64,000 nt of DNA from assembly GCF_000150275.1 (NCBI RefSeq), contig NW_002060954.1:1674001-1738000 (forward strand). The letters are read 5' to 3'. Source of the DNA: Trichoplax adhaerens (lineage: Eukaryota; Animalia; Placozoa). The translations under genes were made by a program, and so were the position numbers. Below the pieces are notes generated by a model. It had not been told where the DNA came from. It worked only from the letters and a program-made list of their open reading frames with translations, and searched no databases. How positions within the stretch are numbered: the stretch's first letter is position 1; every line of letters begins with the position of its first letter. Positions 28,049 through 41,567 of this stretch are shown piece by piece.

Positions 28049-29089
28049 GGCCACTTGCGAATTATTCCGTACAAATGAATTATAGCCCAACCACGATTAA
28101 GAAATGATTGGATGTTTCTGATGACTGCATTTTAGGGTAATGCAATTTATCAGAATTTTAATCGTTGATTGGTTCAATATAAATTAATTTCAATCGCTAT
28201 TGTCGGGCTCCTAAATTGGCTGTAGTCATCCATCAAGGTTAGCATAAGGAATCTGATAATGAAATAATAAATATAACATAATACTTTTGTATGTTCAGTT
28301 TTGTAGCCGGTATGAGATATAGCTGCAATTTTACTTTACCCTATAAAATTCAAGGAATTTACCTCATTTATTGCAACATAATGGAAGTGGGAGAAACATC
28401 TGGAATTTCATAGAGTTGACAGTTTTCAATATTGATGAAGTGGATACCTAATATGATGATGTAAAGAATACAACTACAGACTAGATTATTTAAAATCATA
28501 GGAGATCGTAATATATAACATTGATGATAGAATTTATTTGTTAGTATTTAAGGTTATTGTGGTCTAATACAAATTTCATTTGCAATCTTCAAATTTTTTA
28601 ATATGATCCTTTTCTTTATCAGGCCATCGATCATGTAAATTTTATTTCATCCATGTGGGATCCCTATCTCTTTACACAGTATGTAAAGCCTTTTACGGCT
28701 ATCAATCAATTGATAATTGCGCTAATTAATCACATTACAGTCGCCTTTGGATATGATGCAAGCATTCTATTACGCAACTATAGTTGGCGTCGTTAACAGT
28801 AAGAAACGTGCAAACATCTGTTAACTAGATTTATGTCGAAAATAGATTACTTACAAGACATAGCTAGGTATGCGAGATTGATTAATATGTGCAAATTGTT
28901 TATGGAAGCAGGATCGGTCATCGCGACAATGTGTTATCTTAGACGCTATCATTGTGTTGGTAAATGTCATTTTTGACCTTGCCAATTTTCAACCGGTGAT
29001 CAAGTTCTAAATAATTTCCTATCTTCAGCATAGGATTTAATGCAGAATTGCTTCAATCAATTTTAAAACCGTTCTATGGCAAGCATGCT

Positions 29090-29490
29090 GTTCTACTGTA
29101 AATATACAACAGAGGATTGTACTATAGTCGCTTCCTATTTTCGTACTTTTTTAATTATATGACTTTACGTGCTATTTTTAGAGTCCTATTTGCCTTCCTG
29201 CAGAGTTGAAACCTGGAAAGATTTAGATCTCGGCTGCGCACAAATGCCTGTTGTAGATCTAGTTAAAAGGACCGTGTAACTTGATATAGAGTAAAAGTCA
29301 GTAAAAACAGACATTAACATACTATTCTTCTGTAAATATATAGTAGAGGATTGTACCACAATCGCTTCCATTTTAAAGTTCTATCTTCCTTCGCGCAGTA
29401 TTGAAACTTGAAAAGGTCAGATCTCGGCTGCTCACAATAGACTGTGTAACTTGATACAGAATAATTGTCAGCAAAGTCAGACATTTTAAT
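29090..29490. repeat. Two-copy degenerate tandem duplication (~170-235 bp unit)
   Basis: ctgtaaatatacaacagaggattgtac (~29096) vs ctgtaaatatatagtagaggattgtac (~29330); agatctcggctgc at ~29225 and ~29420; tgtaacttgata...gtcag...cagacatt at ~29275 and ~29445. The two short minus ORFs here share peptide words for this reason. Confidence 0.8.
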
Positions 29491-30275
29491 ATGCAATTTG
29501 CAATGATATCAGTAAAAATCACATAACTTGTGCAGGAAATGACAACTTCAGAGCATGTTTCGATATTAATTACTTTAATATTGATGCAATCAGTCCATTA
29601 CTAAGTGCACGTCTCAAGGTGTCATTGACAGCTATGTCTCCCATCTATTATTGCTCTGCACAGCACGACTTCAATGAATGCTAGAATCTTCTCTAGTATG
29701 ACTTGATAAAAGGCAAATATTCTCATTTATGTACGAGATTAGCTCCGGGCGTTTGTTAGGGCTAATTTAATATCATAGAAGCTGCTGTTCGCATTCTGCG
29801 ATCTATATAGAGCACTTTCCGCAGCGCAATTAATCCCAAAATATCAGGTTATTTCAATATTTTTTATATTACGATGAGGTTTAGTAAGGATTGTAGAACT
29901 AGAATCTATATCATGGCTGTATGATTACAATATATCGAGAATTTGATCTTGGAAATTTCAGACAAGAACTACTAAAATTTTTGTAGCAGGTTCGTGCAGG
30001 GACTTCTAAAAAGACCCTTGCTTCCTGTCCACAGTACAATCACCGCACTGGCGTCCATGATGGGTTTGACTACACTCCGACTGACAGCCAGCTGGACTGC
30101 TATAGACAATCACTCAATGATCGACTTGTCCGCGTATTAGTACAGTATATGAGGTTATGGTCTGTCTGGATATCTGTACATCCGTTGCAAAACCGTATGA
30201 CGCGCAAAAGTGAACAGGAGTGTGTGGTCACTGCGCAAGTGCAACGCCGCCGCTTAAGTGCTCACAGCAAGCAAG

Positions 30276-33200
30276 ATGGCGACTATTGGGATAGGGCCGC
30301 TTGCAACTGGTGCTCACGTCCTGTATTCCTGCTCCTGCAAGGAATTGGGAGAATTGGAAAGAATGTATTTTTGTAGACATTGCTTGAAGTTAAGATGTAT
30401 CGATTGTGTATCTAACGAGGTAAAGTAGCGATTACAAAGAAATGAAATCCAATTGAATAGTGTCTACAGCTTTAAGTTAGTCAGTCGTCTAGTTCGCTGC
30501 CGAATGATGGAAAATAATTCGAAACAATTATGGTCTTTTTTTATATCCGGTCATCGATTTTTCATCGTTGATTTTGGTTATATTGTTCAATTCTATGCAA
30601 TGATAACAATCTTATATATCCAGTCGCAGATCTTTCATGATTGATTTTAGAAGCACACTTATACAGTTCAATACAATGCAATTATAGTAATCTACGGTAA
30701 TAGTGCTTAGCGTACTCGTATATCAAGTCATAGATTTTTATCGTTGATTTTAGATATACTATTACACTTGTACTGTTCAGTTCTATGCAATGATAGCACA
30801 ATTTTATATTAAATCTTGATAACAAGTCATGGATTTTCATCATTGATATTAGAAGTACGGTTTAATTCCATGTAACGATAGCCGTCGTATGTATTCACTT
30901 ATCCATCTTTCATCGTTGATTTTAGACATACGCGTACACTTAAACAGCTCAATTCTATGCAATAATGGCCGTCTTTTTTATTCAGTCATAGATCTTTTAT
31001 CGTTAATTTTAAATATACAGTCTAATACTACGCAATGATAGCCATCTTTCATCGTTGATTTTAGATTTACACCTGTCCTGTATAGTTCAATTTTATATAA
31101 TGGTAGTGTGGTGAATGGGTTTTATAACCCCTTAGGTTCGCAATCCAAGAAATATGAGTTATTAAAATTGAGCAAATCTCTAACTTGACAAAATTATTAT
31201 TATTATACCTCAAATTGCTATAATACTGCTGTGATGAGCTGATACCACCACAAATAGCCATCTTACATATTCAGCCATAGATCTTTCATCGTGATTGTAG
31301 ATGTAAAGCATAATTCTATGCATTGATTTTATGTCCAGTCTTACAGTACATCTTTCATCGTTGATTTTAGATGTACACCTCAAAAATTGTTGATTAACTT
31401 TATGCAAAATTTGCTACAACTTTTTTAAGTGTTACAATACTTTGATGATTTGACAGGTGGCATTGTACGTCTAACAACTTTGGTTTTGATTTGCCTGTAT
31501 CTGTAAATAGGTTGAATCGTTTTTTTGTCCAACTTGCTTAGAAAGTATGCCATCGGCTGAGGCTAGACAAAAAAGAAATAGGTAAGTGATAGGATTGTGT
31601 CCCTCTTGCCTGATATGATAACTATATTTGAACTAGACATTTGACCAGTGGAATTGATCTCACATTAAAGTTATTAAAGTCACCCCTGTACGTATAAGCA
31701 GGGACGATTAAGTAAAAATTCGTGAAGGAAACTTTTCTTCTCGTCCAACATGGTTCATTATTACTACTTTAAGGATAATGTAGAATGCAATGAATTACTG
31801 TAAAAAGTTTTTCGTTGTACTACACATATACGAACACTGTATCTATTGTATTAACGAGTCGTGCAGTAATTGATGTACTAAGGCATTTATGAATGTCTAT
31901 ATTGTAGATGCAGCAATTGTTTGGAATGTCCCTTATGCACCAACACTTTATCGGTCATTGCTACAGCCACTGATGAGCCAGCAACTTTGGATAATGATAA
32001 AGAACCTGAAATTGAGCAAAAGAATGATACTGACTGTAAGATATTCACAATTACAGTATTCCGGCCAATTCTATGACGTCTCAGTACATGCTACATTTTC
32101 ATGATATTTTAACTACTTGATAATTATTCTACTCTTTTTAGTGAGTAAAATTTGATAATAGCTTATTATTATTCCAAAATATGCGTAGCTAAGGAAAACC
32201 ATCCCGACAAAGAAGACTCTGAAGATAAATTATATTACTTGAGTTGCGGATTTTGTCGTTGGACATCAAGAGATATTGGCTTACCGGATCAACAACAGAG
32301 TAGTGGGAAATGGCCCGAAGTAGAATTTCAAAATGCCAATAAGGTAAATTCGTTTAGTTTGATTTATTTGTAATCGTTCTCTAAGAGCATGTAAATGCAT
32401 ATCAAATACCAGCTCTTAATTGACTGAAACGCGAATATATCTTCATCGGATGATTTTGACTAGGTTAACGAGCTGATAGAGTATTATCGCGGGGTTGAAC
32501 AATTAGAAAGGGCTGAAAAAGATATAAAGATTCATAAAAGACGGAGGAGTACGTACATGTCAATTGGAACGGTAAGTTATCTGAATCTCAATAACAATGC
32601 TAGTTTTGCTTGATTGAGCGGCTAATGTTGTTTGCTGTATTCAATAGTGTCTAACAATTACTTTCCTAACTTGCCTCCAGGGTAAAATTTCTAGTTTTCA
32701 AAGGCGAAGCATGCATTCGCGAACTTCGAATGCATCTGCCATTTCGCTCGGGTCGTAAGTTGATAGCGAAGACTACGTGTACATTATAGAGTTTCTTAAC
32801 GTTATGGATGGAAATAACTGTTATCAATGAGAGGAAATAATGTCATCTTATTCAACGTAGTTTCCAAATAGCCACTGGTCAAAAACCTAAGGATGCTGGC
32901 GTCAGTCAGTCAACCGAAGATCCGAAACGCACCTCAGAAGACATTCTGGAAGTTGGAAGTGAACAAAGTAATGGAATTAATTTAAACTGTAGATTAAACC
33001 GGTTATATTACTCATTATTAGACAACTTTATCCACTATTATATATCGATGATAAAATTTGCATATTTATATTGTATTTAGTTACAGGCCTAATGCAGAGA
33101 CTCTGTTTTCCTAGTTGTCAGCCGAGCAAAGTAAAGTATGTTTATAATTTTTCGTCATGGTGATTGCAGCATATGTATTGCTTTGGTGATAATATTAACA

Positions 33201-34452
33201 TTAGTGCGATTTCAGTACTTGTGCAGCATAAGTAATCGAATCACTTCTTTGTATGTGTAGAGATTTAATGCCTATTCGTAAGCATTTGCTAGCGAAAAAG
33301 TCCCAACGTTGTAAGGTTGGTTTGAATAGCCAAGCTACACTTTTGTGTAACTATTTTTAAATTCTTTAATGATTGTTGATAATAAGATTGTTGCAATTCC
33401 CATTGTCTGCAAATACAGGAATGCGAACATAATTTATGCAAGCCAGAATTTAATCCATCTTCAATCAAGTTCAAGATACAACTGGTAGCTTGGTCAGTCT
33501 AAAGCATTCTAAACATAAACTTTAATTATTAACGTTATACTGAATTTACAGATTTTAATTGGTATGTACTTTATCAATAGGCAATATACTCCACGCGTCA
33601 TTATCACCCAGGTTCCAGACCTCTTGTTTAATCAGGTATGAACTCTTCTCCAGTGTATGTAATGCGATCCGGGTAGCAATATCGGTAGTCGTTTTTTCAC
33701 GGAACCACTATCCGTTTACGATTCAAAATATTGATACAGGAGAATAAAGTCACTTTAACAATCATCAATCCTTTGGATGCGAGCGTAAAGTTCATCTTAT
33801 CGCCATTGACCTTAAATGAAGATAAGCCAGTTCCGTTTCCTCAAACTGCTGAGGTAGGATTATAATGGCCAAGTTGTATTTTAATTGCTCGCTTTATTTT
33901 AGTATTTAAATTTCTTAAAAATGAATCGTTTCTTTAGATAATTCCACCGGAAAAAGAGTTAATACTTTCAGCGAAAGATGATTCAGCAGAATTTGACTAT
34001 AGCGAAACTGCAGCATCTACTTTTAATGACGATCCTAGGTAAATTTATGTGCTAATGCGAAAATTTCCCGCTTAATAGTGTAATGTTATTGTTATCAATT
34101 TTGTCGTTGTTATAAATTTTGTATTTTTCGTGCACAAATAAAAGGATTGTGCTGGCAAGAAGAGCTAACAGACTTAGTATTTATTGTCGAATAATACCGA
34201 AGAAAGCTTTCGGCCACGTTAAGGTATTTAATTATATTTGTGAAAAGATTTACTTACTACTTTGCTTTAGTATTTCATGCAAGTAGTAAATTATTGACAT
34301 TTTATGTAATTTATTATGCGCCTTTATAGTGCTCAGTGGTGCTAAAATATGACGGAAAAAGCATAAAGAAAGGTGATGCTGAGGCCTCGTGGATTGAACA
34401 TCATGTACATTTAAATTTAGGAATAGTTTCTACAAAGCATAAGCAGACTTGA
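30276..34452 (+). CDS. DCTN4: Dynactin subunit 4 (p62), 15 coding exons
   Basis: Exons 30276-30419, 31511-31580, 31908-32035, 32189-32343, 32464-32571, 32681-32754, 32861-32968, 33081-33135, 33261-33315, 33419-33492, 33581-33635, 33740-33853, 33938-34038, 34145-34223, 34330-34452 (some boundaries +/-1). Motifs YFCRHC...[82 protein letters not shown] and [11 protein letters not shown] are the p62 zinc-binding and C-terminal signatures. Confidence 0.95.
30550..31375. repeat. Degenerate tandem repeat (~9 copies, ~50-105 bp unit) in DCTN4 intron 1
   Basis: Core (tc)tttcatcgttgattttaga recurs near 30560, 30633, 30737, 30835, 30908, 30995, 31047, 31284 and 31353, usually followed by variants of gttcaattctatgcaatgatagc. 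Confidence 0.85.
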
Positions 34453-35764
34453 TAGAATGACATATCATAGAGTCTACAGTTGAGTCGCAGCCTTTTTGTT
34501 TTAAGACAGATGTAATATAGATTGTTAGCCTGTTATATCAATAAATAATATTTTTAAAGTTTTTCGCAATTTGTCCCTGGAAATGTATTTGTATCATATG
34601 TTAATTTAAAATTTTTGTTAGAGTTAGGCTTCCCGTTGTCTAATTTTACACTCACTAAGTTATCAATGGTGTATTTTCTCGGCAATGATAATTTGAATCT
34701 ATTTTTACTTTCGTGCTTAGCTAGAGATCTACTGAATGTTACTATAGTAACTCTTAAATTATAGCAAAAGAAAAGAACTTATTTTTCGCTGAAGATAATA
34801 TTGTATTGATGGCGTCTTTTGAATACTGTTGATTATCGTACTTCAATGGGAATATGAAGTGTTGTAAATAATATCGTAACGACTGTTAAAAATAAAGCAA
34901 CCGCAATTACAAACTATCGATTATTGTGTATTTACATTTGTACAATTGTTTTGATACTGCAGTAAGAGAAAGGTTAATGCAAATGGTTTCTTAGCTGTTT
35001 ATCACACTTAATGATACATTTACGAACAAATTTTAATACTGAGTGACTGTTGATAATATTTAAGAGTTACATGTAGATCATTATTCAACGACATCAAACG
35101 AAACGCTTACTTTGACATGAGGGTTGAGGTAAATATGGCAATTTTGATATTTTATTTACGTCTAGACCTAACTATCATAACAATTCACAATGTCTAAATT
35201 AAGAGCATCATAACCAGATTATCATTACAAATATCAATTACTCTAGTAACCAAATTCATTATTTATCATTTCTTTTTAGTGGGTGTAAGCGTACAATAGA
35301 CTTATACGTAATACTTCGTCAATTAACTTAATCGAAACTAGCTACAAGATTTCGTCTAGAATTCATTCTTCATGATCGCCTGTAGTGGAGCAGGCAATAA
35401 TTTTATTCGTTAAAGCGTACTATTGGCCTGCAATTTTGTATTTACTAAGAAGGAAAGATAATTATTTAAGGCTCACATAAAGTTACTGTTAGTCTTTCTA
35501 TTACTCTTTAATGAAAGATTACACTAGGTTCAATTTAAAAAGGATACCGGTGTATGATTGATCACGTATTTGTTATTAGAAAGCTTAGCAATAATTTTTT
35601 ATTATCGATCATTCTACTTATTCGTATTTCATGCGTATAGAAAAATCTTTTCATCTAATATCGCTAAAATATTATTTATTACTATTCTAATACTCAACCA
35701 TTATAATTCAGCGCATAAAAATGAGAATTAAGTCACATACTGTTATATCTAGTAGAAAAAGAAA

Positions 35765-38700
35765 ATGAACATTGGCAAGATCGCTATGATTTGGCTTAGT
35801 TACTTGCTGTTCAACTTACATTTATCTCTCGACTTATTCCATTCAGGTAAGGTTTTATCAATTTATTCATTCACGTAAAAGTATAACATCGACTACAGTA
35901 AAGAATAAAGATTATAAATGACTGTAAATATTTAAACTATTTTGGAAGACCTCATCAGTTGCCAAGTAATTTCAAATACCTAGTCAATGTCTACTTGACA
36001 CCAATTTGAGAGTAAATACTCAACGGCATGCTTAACTGCCACAGTATATAAGATCAATGGCAGAGTATAATATCTGCTAGCATCGCTTACTGATTTGATT
36101 GTAACACATTGCATTTATTATTAAAAATTTTGACAGTGTGTCGAGCATCGACACCGATAGGCAATATTTTAAACTTATAGTTTTACTAATGGGGATCAGA
36201 TACGATTATTTGCTTAATTAATTTTTTCATACTTCTCCATTTTCAGTTTATGTAATCGTCCTATTTTAAACCCAATATCGTAGTAAATATTTAAAATGTC
36301 AAGAATAAAATCGTCAAAAATATTATGTTTGTAGTCATTATGAATTTTTAAACAAGATTCAATTCGATGATCTATTTTTACTATATAAAAGCATACCTCG
36401 ATATCCCAAGTGACACTGGTCCGATCATAATTAAGCATAATTCAATTTGATGTGAAGAAGAATTTATTTTAACTAAAATCGATCACAATTTGAATTAATT
36501 ATAATTAAGGTGCTGGTGCGAATCTATCCTTCGCAATTAGCGATGTTGAGAAATTGATAAAACTAGAAACGACCCTTTCTCGAAATCTACATCGCTACGT
36601 TATGTTAGAAAGAGATAAAATTCAAGGATTAGAGCACCTTTTGAATATAATTGCGAATGATATAGATGATCACGAAAGGAGTAATAAAGATGGCGAGCTA
36701 CCATTGGCTAAGTTTCTGCTTATTAAGCGATTTGTACAGCATTGGCAGAAAGTTTATAAGATATCAATGGCTAAGAGCAATCAATGTAAGCAATTTAAAA
36801 TAGAGAATTTGCACAGATTCCATTAGATTCCTATGTATAAGCTATTTATAACACGATGCAGTAAATAAATATTTAGACCGTACAGTGTGAACTAGTGTAC
36901 AGCGAATGGGTACTTGATTTTCTGTAGTGTATTAAGTTTTTATAGGGTATTTATTAAGTATTACTTTCAAATATAAACTAAAATAATTAATAATAAAGTA
37001 CGAATAATGTCATATTTCAGCTTTAGTACCGGATTATGATGTCATTAGTAGGACTAATTTACTATATTTTTTCCGTATTTATGCATACATGCTTAGTTAT
37101 GTTGAAATTATTGGCCGCAGCGAAAAGATTATTTCCCTCAATAGATGATTTAAATTATACAATAAAATCAATATTGCGACTACAAGAGGTATACCATCTA
37201 TCAGAAAGGGACTTATATCACGGAATTATTCAAGGTAGTAATCCTTTAGGAGTGAAATTAAATTGGCATGACTGTATTAAGATGGCAAATGGTGCAAAAG
37301 ATAAAAAAAATTACTATCGAGCTTACAATTGGGCTATTGAAGCTGCTAAATATTGGAATAAAACAGGTTTAATTAAGCAACATGAACAAGTTAAGAGGAG
37401 AATTTTACAGCCTTTAGCTATCTCTGCCTTTCAGGTAATACTAGCTACTCTATAATTCTCAAGAAATGGCTACAAATTTTTAAAAGAAGTAACGACTTAA
37501 CAACATAATTACATATATCTTAAAATGAAAAAAATACCACAGTATCCAATTAAGAAGCAAAAATGACGCGATATTTAAAATGGAAATACAAATTTTTATA
37601 ATTTTAATGTTAAAAAATTTTTTATTTTTTTAATAAATTTCGATTCGATTCAAGATTGGTAAGATCCAAGATGCACTGCATTATGTCCAAGAATTACTAA
37701 AATTAGGTACTGCTTTAGATTAAATTTGATATATCTTTACTTACTAGATATATAAACTTGCAAAATTTTCGAAATATGGTACAGTATTATATTACTTATC
37801 GGAGAGAAATATATTTATTTATTTTAGAAATAGTTCAAAAATGGCTTCATAGGTATTTAGAAGGGATAACGTAGCATTAATTTATATTATGTAGTTAGCA
37901 TTTGATAAATTTAGTCTAAATGTAATGCTAGTCGCTTATTCGTATAAAATAATAAACGAAGATTTTGAAATTAGGAGATTAAGACGATGAAACAGATCAT
38001 CCTTAATTCGTTTAAAGACTCTTTTGAGTCGAAAGTATTAAATTAATTCCATATTTTATTAATTTTAAAAATCAATCCAATCTATATATTGATTTGTAAC
38101 TGATAGACTATCAGCATTCTTCGAGATGTCACAAATATTTAGCTGGTACAATGTATTATAGGATTTTTGATAATCACATCGTTACTGATAGTATGTGCAT
38201 TTATGCTTTTGTATCCGGTATCAAAGTATTAGATAATATTAGCAAATTATCACGTATTATGAGCCACTCTAAATCCTATAACTAGATCCGAATGATAAAT
38301 TCGCAAACGAAGGTTATCAGAAGTGCAAGAAAGCAATTTCTCAGAGTAATGGAACCGAAGCTAATAAAATGGGAAACCATGTTAAACGTTACCTTCAAAC
38401 TAAATTGGATTACTTACCAACCTATACTAAACTATGTCGTAGTCATAAGGTACAGATACTATACACTACGCATCGGTATGTCTTCTTTATAATTACATAA
38501 TTATAGAACGTGGATCTAGTAGTAGTAATCGTAAACACCCCATATTTTTATTAGAAATGTAGTGCGTATACATGATGCAAAAGTGATTTAAGTATTTGTT
38601 TTATTGCATGCCCTAGAATTAGGTTTGTAGGTCATTCCTGATAATAAAATTATCTCGTAATCTTATATTATACCTATTAAAAAAAAATTTATTTCTCTAA

Positions 38701-41567
38701 TATTTTAGAATTATCAAACAAGCCTAAATAACGGTTTAAAATGCTATTACTTTAATCAGTCTCCTCTATTACACTTTAATCCTGTCGCTGTTGAGGAGAT
38801 TAGTTATAGCCCAGTCATTCGACTCTACCATGACATCATTAGTCATCAAGAAGCCGAAATATTAAAGAACATATCGTCGAAAAAGGTAAAAGTTAATACC
38901 TGAATAGCTTTGAAATGATTCAGGTAATTAATAAATACAGTATGAACATGTAGTGATGCACCTATATTTGATTATATGGATAGCTACGTTTGGTACAATT
39001 AGGTTACTTTGAATAGATATTATCGTGAAACTAATAACAGATGATTGCTAACTACTATATTAGAAATTGTTGATGACTAATATTAGCCAGTTGACTAATT
39101 ATGGCATAAGATTTATGTAGCTAGAAACACTGTAGTTGTTAAGATGCCCTCCAGAGAAAGGGGCTAGATCTTAATAGAAGAGTAGTGACATCTTAAGTAG
39201 AATGATTTAGATAGTAAAAAATAATGATGTACTATTTGAAAAATCTATTTTGTTTGATGACTCATGTCTGATTGCAGATTAATCGAACTGTCATAAATGG
39301 ATTTAACGAAATAAATATAAGAATTGCAGAGATGAGCTGACGAGAGAGAAAAAATTTCACTTCACTTTGAGCTCGAAATACTTTAGATTTTAGACTAGAT
39401 TGTTGTAACAATGAATTATTGCTCTACTATTCCTAAAACCTCTATTAGAAGCCTTTTAGAAAATACTATTTGACTAAGATAGTTGTTGTGAGACACATTT
39501 ATTACAGAACACTGTATTTACTCTATAAACACTTGTAGTTAACTGTGGCGAGGACATTTGTACAGATCATGCCAAATAATTCTGAAGCTGAGGGAGAATA
39601 TAGATTTGCCAAACAGTAAGACAAGATATTATTTGTATTTAACCAATAAGCTCAATCGACAATTCTATCATATACACCCATTGGCATAGCATAGTTGTAA
39701 TCATACGAAATTAATGACACACTATCTATTCAGTAATGCTAAACATATAAGTAAGTAAGTAAATATCGGCAAGTAGTCAGTTTAATTTATTAGCATTACT
39801 TCTATGTCACATTATGTAGTACTGTTTTAGTTGCTGGCACTTAAAACGGACAGAAGTGGAGCATGTTTTTCATATTACCTTTGAAATGTGCATAAAAATT
39901 TAAGATGTAATCAGCTAAGCCACTTCGGAAAAATATCCGAGAGATAAAACAAGTAACTAATGAATATGTTGCACAACCTATCGCTGTCTTCTTAAGTTCA
40001 AAAATAGTTTATTCTTGTAATAAAATTATTTCTAGCGGATCCTTCTTAGATTGCTAAAGCTCTGCTAGCATATTACAAATCATATTTGCATAGCATTAGC
40101 AAAATAAGAAATTTATGGATTATGACATTCGCTATTTATTTAGTGCTTGGTTAGGTGATATAGATAATCAAGTTGTTCGACGACTGTCTGTTTTATCAGA
40201 GGAGTTAACAGGCTTAGATTTATCTTATGCGGAGAAATTGCAGGTTTTTAATATTATATTTAAGTTAATAACAAATATTGTTTTTGTTTACATTGTAAAC
40301 GGACTTTTGTTACTATACGATAACTCTACAATTATTTCGAATTTTAGTATCATTTTTAAATACAGAATAGCTTTCTTACTTCTATTCAGGTGGCTAACTA
40401 TGGTGTTGGAGGGCATTATTCCCCTCATTATGATTCAGCATCAATCGATGTAAATATTTATGATTTATTTCATTTATAGTTGCAAAATTATTATTTTTCT
40501 TACTCTTAGTACCCAGCAAATATAAACGTTAGTATATAAGATACGAATATAGATTTGCATCGTTATTTATTCATGAAAAATGTAATCTAATGATCTATAT
40601 ATAAGGTATTTTTATGACTTATTACTCGAATTTGGCATTTCAGGATGATACAGGCAAGCCAAGATTAGCAACAATAATGTTTTATGTAAGTTTCCACCTT
40701 ATTTTATATACAGCGCGCAAGATCAATTTATCGAAATGTAGCGAAATGTATCTGATGTAACTTGCAAGGCTTCCACTCAGTTTCAAGACAAATGGAATAT
40801 AAATAATACCATGTATTTAAATACTTTTTTGTGTATCTATTCGAATACTTTGTGTTACATTATTTTCAGAAAAATTCTAACACTTGTATTATAATAAAGC
40901 TGTTTTAATATGTAACAGCTCAGTGACGTGGACATTGGAGGAGCTACCGTTTTTCCAGACATTGGCAAAGCCATTTTCCCTCGCAAGGTAGGTGTAAATA
41001 ACTCTTTTGACGCGTTTATAACATTTTATCTAAGCTATAAACGTTGACTTAATTTTGGAAATTACGATTTGTAAAATAAATCAGGTACAGCACGTATTCG
41101 TGAAATTTTAGTTCTAAATTATCACTAAAAGATATTACTGAATGACTTGCTTAATAATTGAAAAAGCGCCTTATCAGTATACTGTTTTTAAAGATCGACA
41201 TCTATGGAATAACATTATAAATATTGCATATGTCTCGATAGTTTTTTTAAATATGTAAATATCAAGGGAAGTGCATTGTACTGGATAAATTTAAAGCGCA
41301 ATGGATCAATCCACACAGTGACTCTGCACGCAGGATGCCCGGTTGTCATTGGATCGAAGTGGAGTAAGATATGTTTATGTTAAAACTGATTTTCATATTA
41401 CTATTTTTAGTACCCTTCCTTGAATACTAAAATTAAAAAAATGTAATGTACTGTAGTTGGTGTTATAAGGGATTTTGGTGAAATTCTATTTTTCAGTAGC
41501 CAACAAATGGATTAAAGCAGCTGGTCAAGAATTTCGTTATCCTTGTAGCCTCAATCCTTACGATTGA
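35765..41567 (+). CDS. P4HA: Prolyl 4-hydroxylase alpha subunit, divergent copy C (13 coding exons)
   Basis: Exons 35765-35846, 36510-36785, 37097-37434, 37655-37706, 38286-38448, 38709-38885, 39539-39615, 40144-40243, 40390-40449, 40644-40685, 40919-40987, 41267-41363, 41497-41567. Motifs LRLQEVY, YRFAKHAWL, VANYGVGGHYSPHYD, PRLATIMFYLSDVDIGGATVFP, LHAGCPVVIGSKWIANKW. Confidence 0.92.

Noticed and set aside
29186-29496. Two similar short minus-strand ORFs (61 and 60 aa)
   Set aside because: Similarity is explained by the non-coding tandem duplication and the frames are not preserved across the unit.
29875-30030. AGTAAGGA plus Sm-like site suggesting U12 snRNA
   Set aside because: The conserved U12 5' sequence is absent and the spacing does not fit.
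30149-30376. 75-aa plus ORF in the ORF track
   Set aside because: Wrong frame; the DCTN4 frame starts at ATG 30276.
30550-31375. CRISPR-like appearance of conserved cores with variable linkers
   Set aside because: Linkers are related to each other, spacing is irregular, cores are degenerate, the context is a eukaryotic intron and there are no cas genes.
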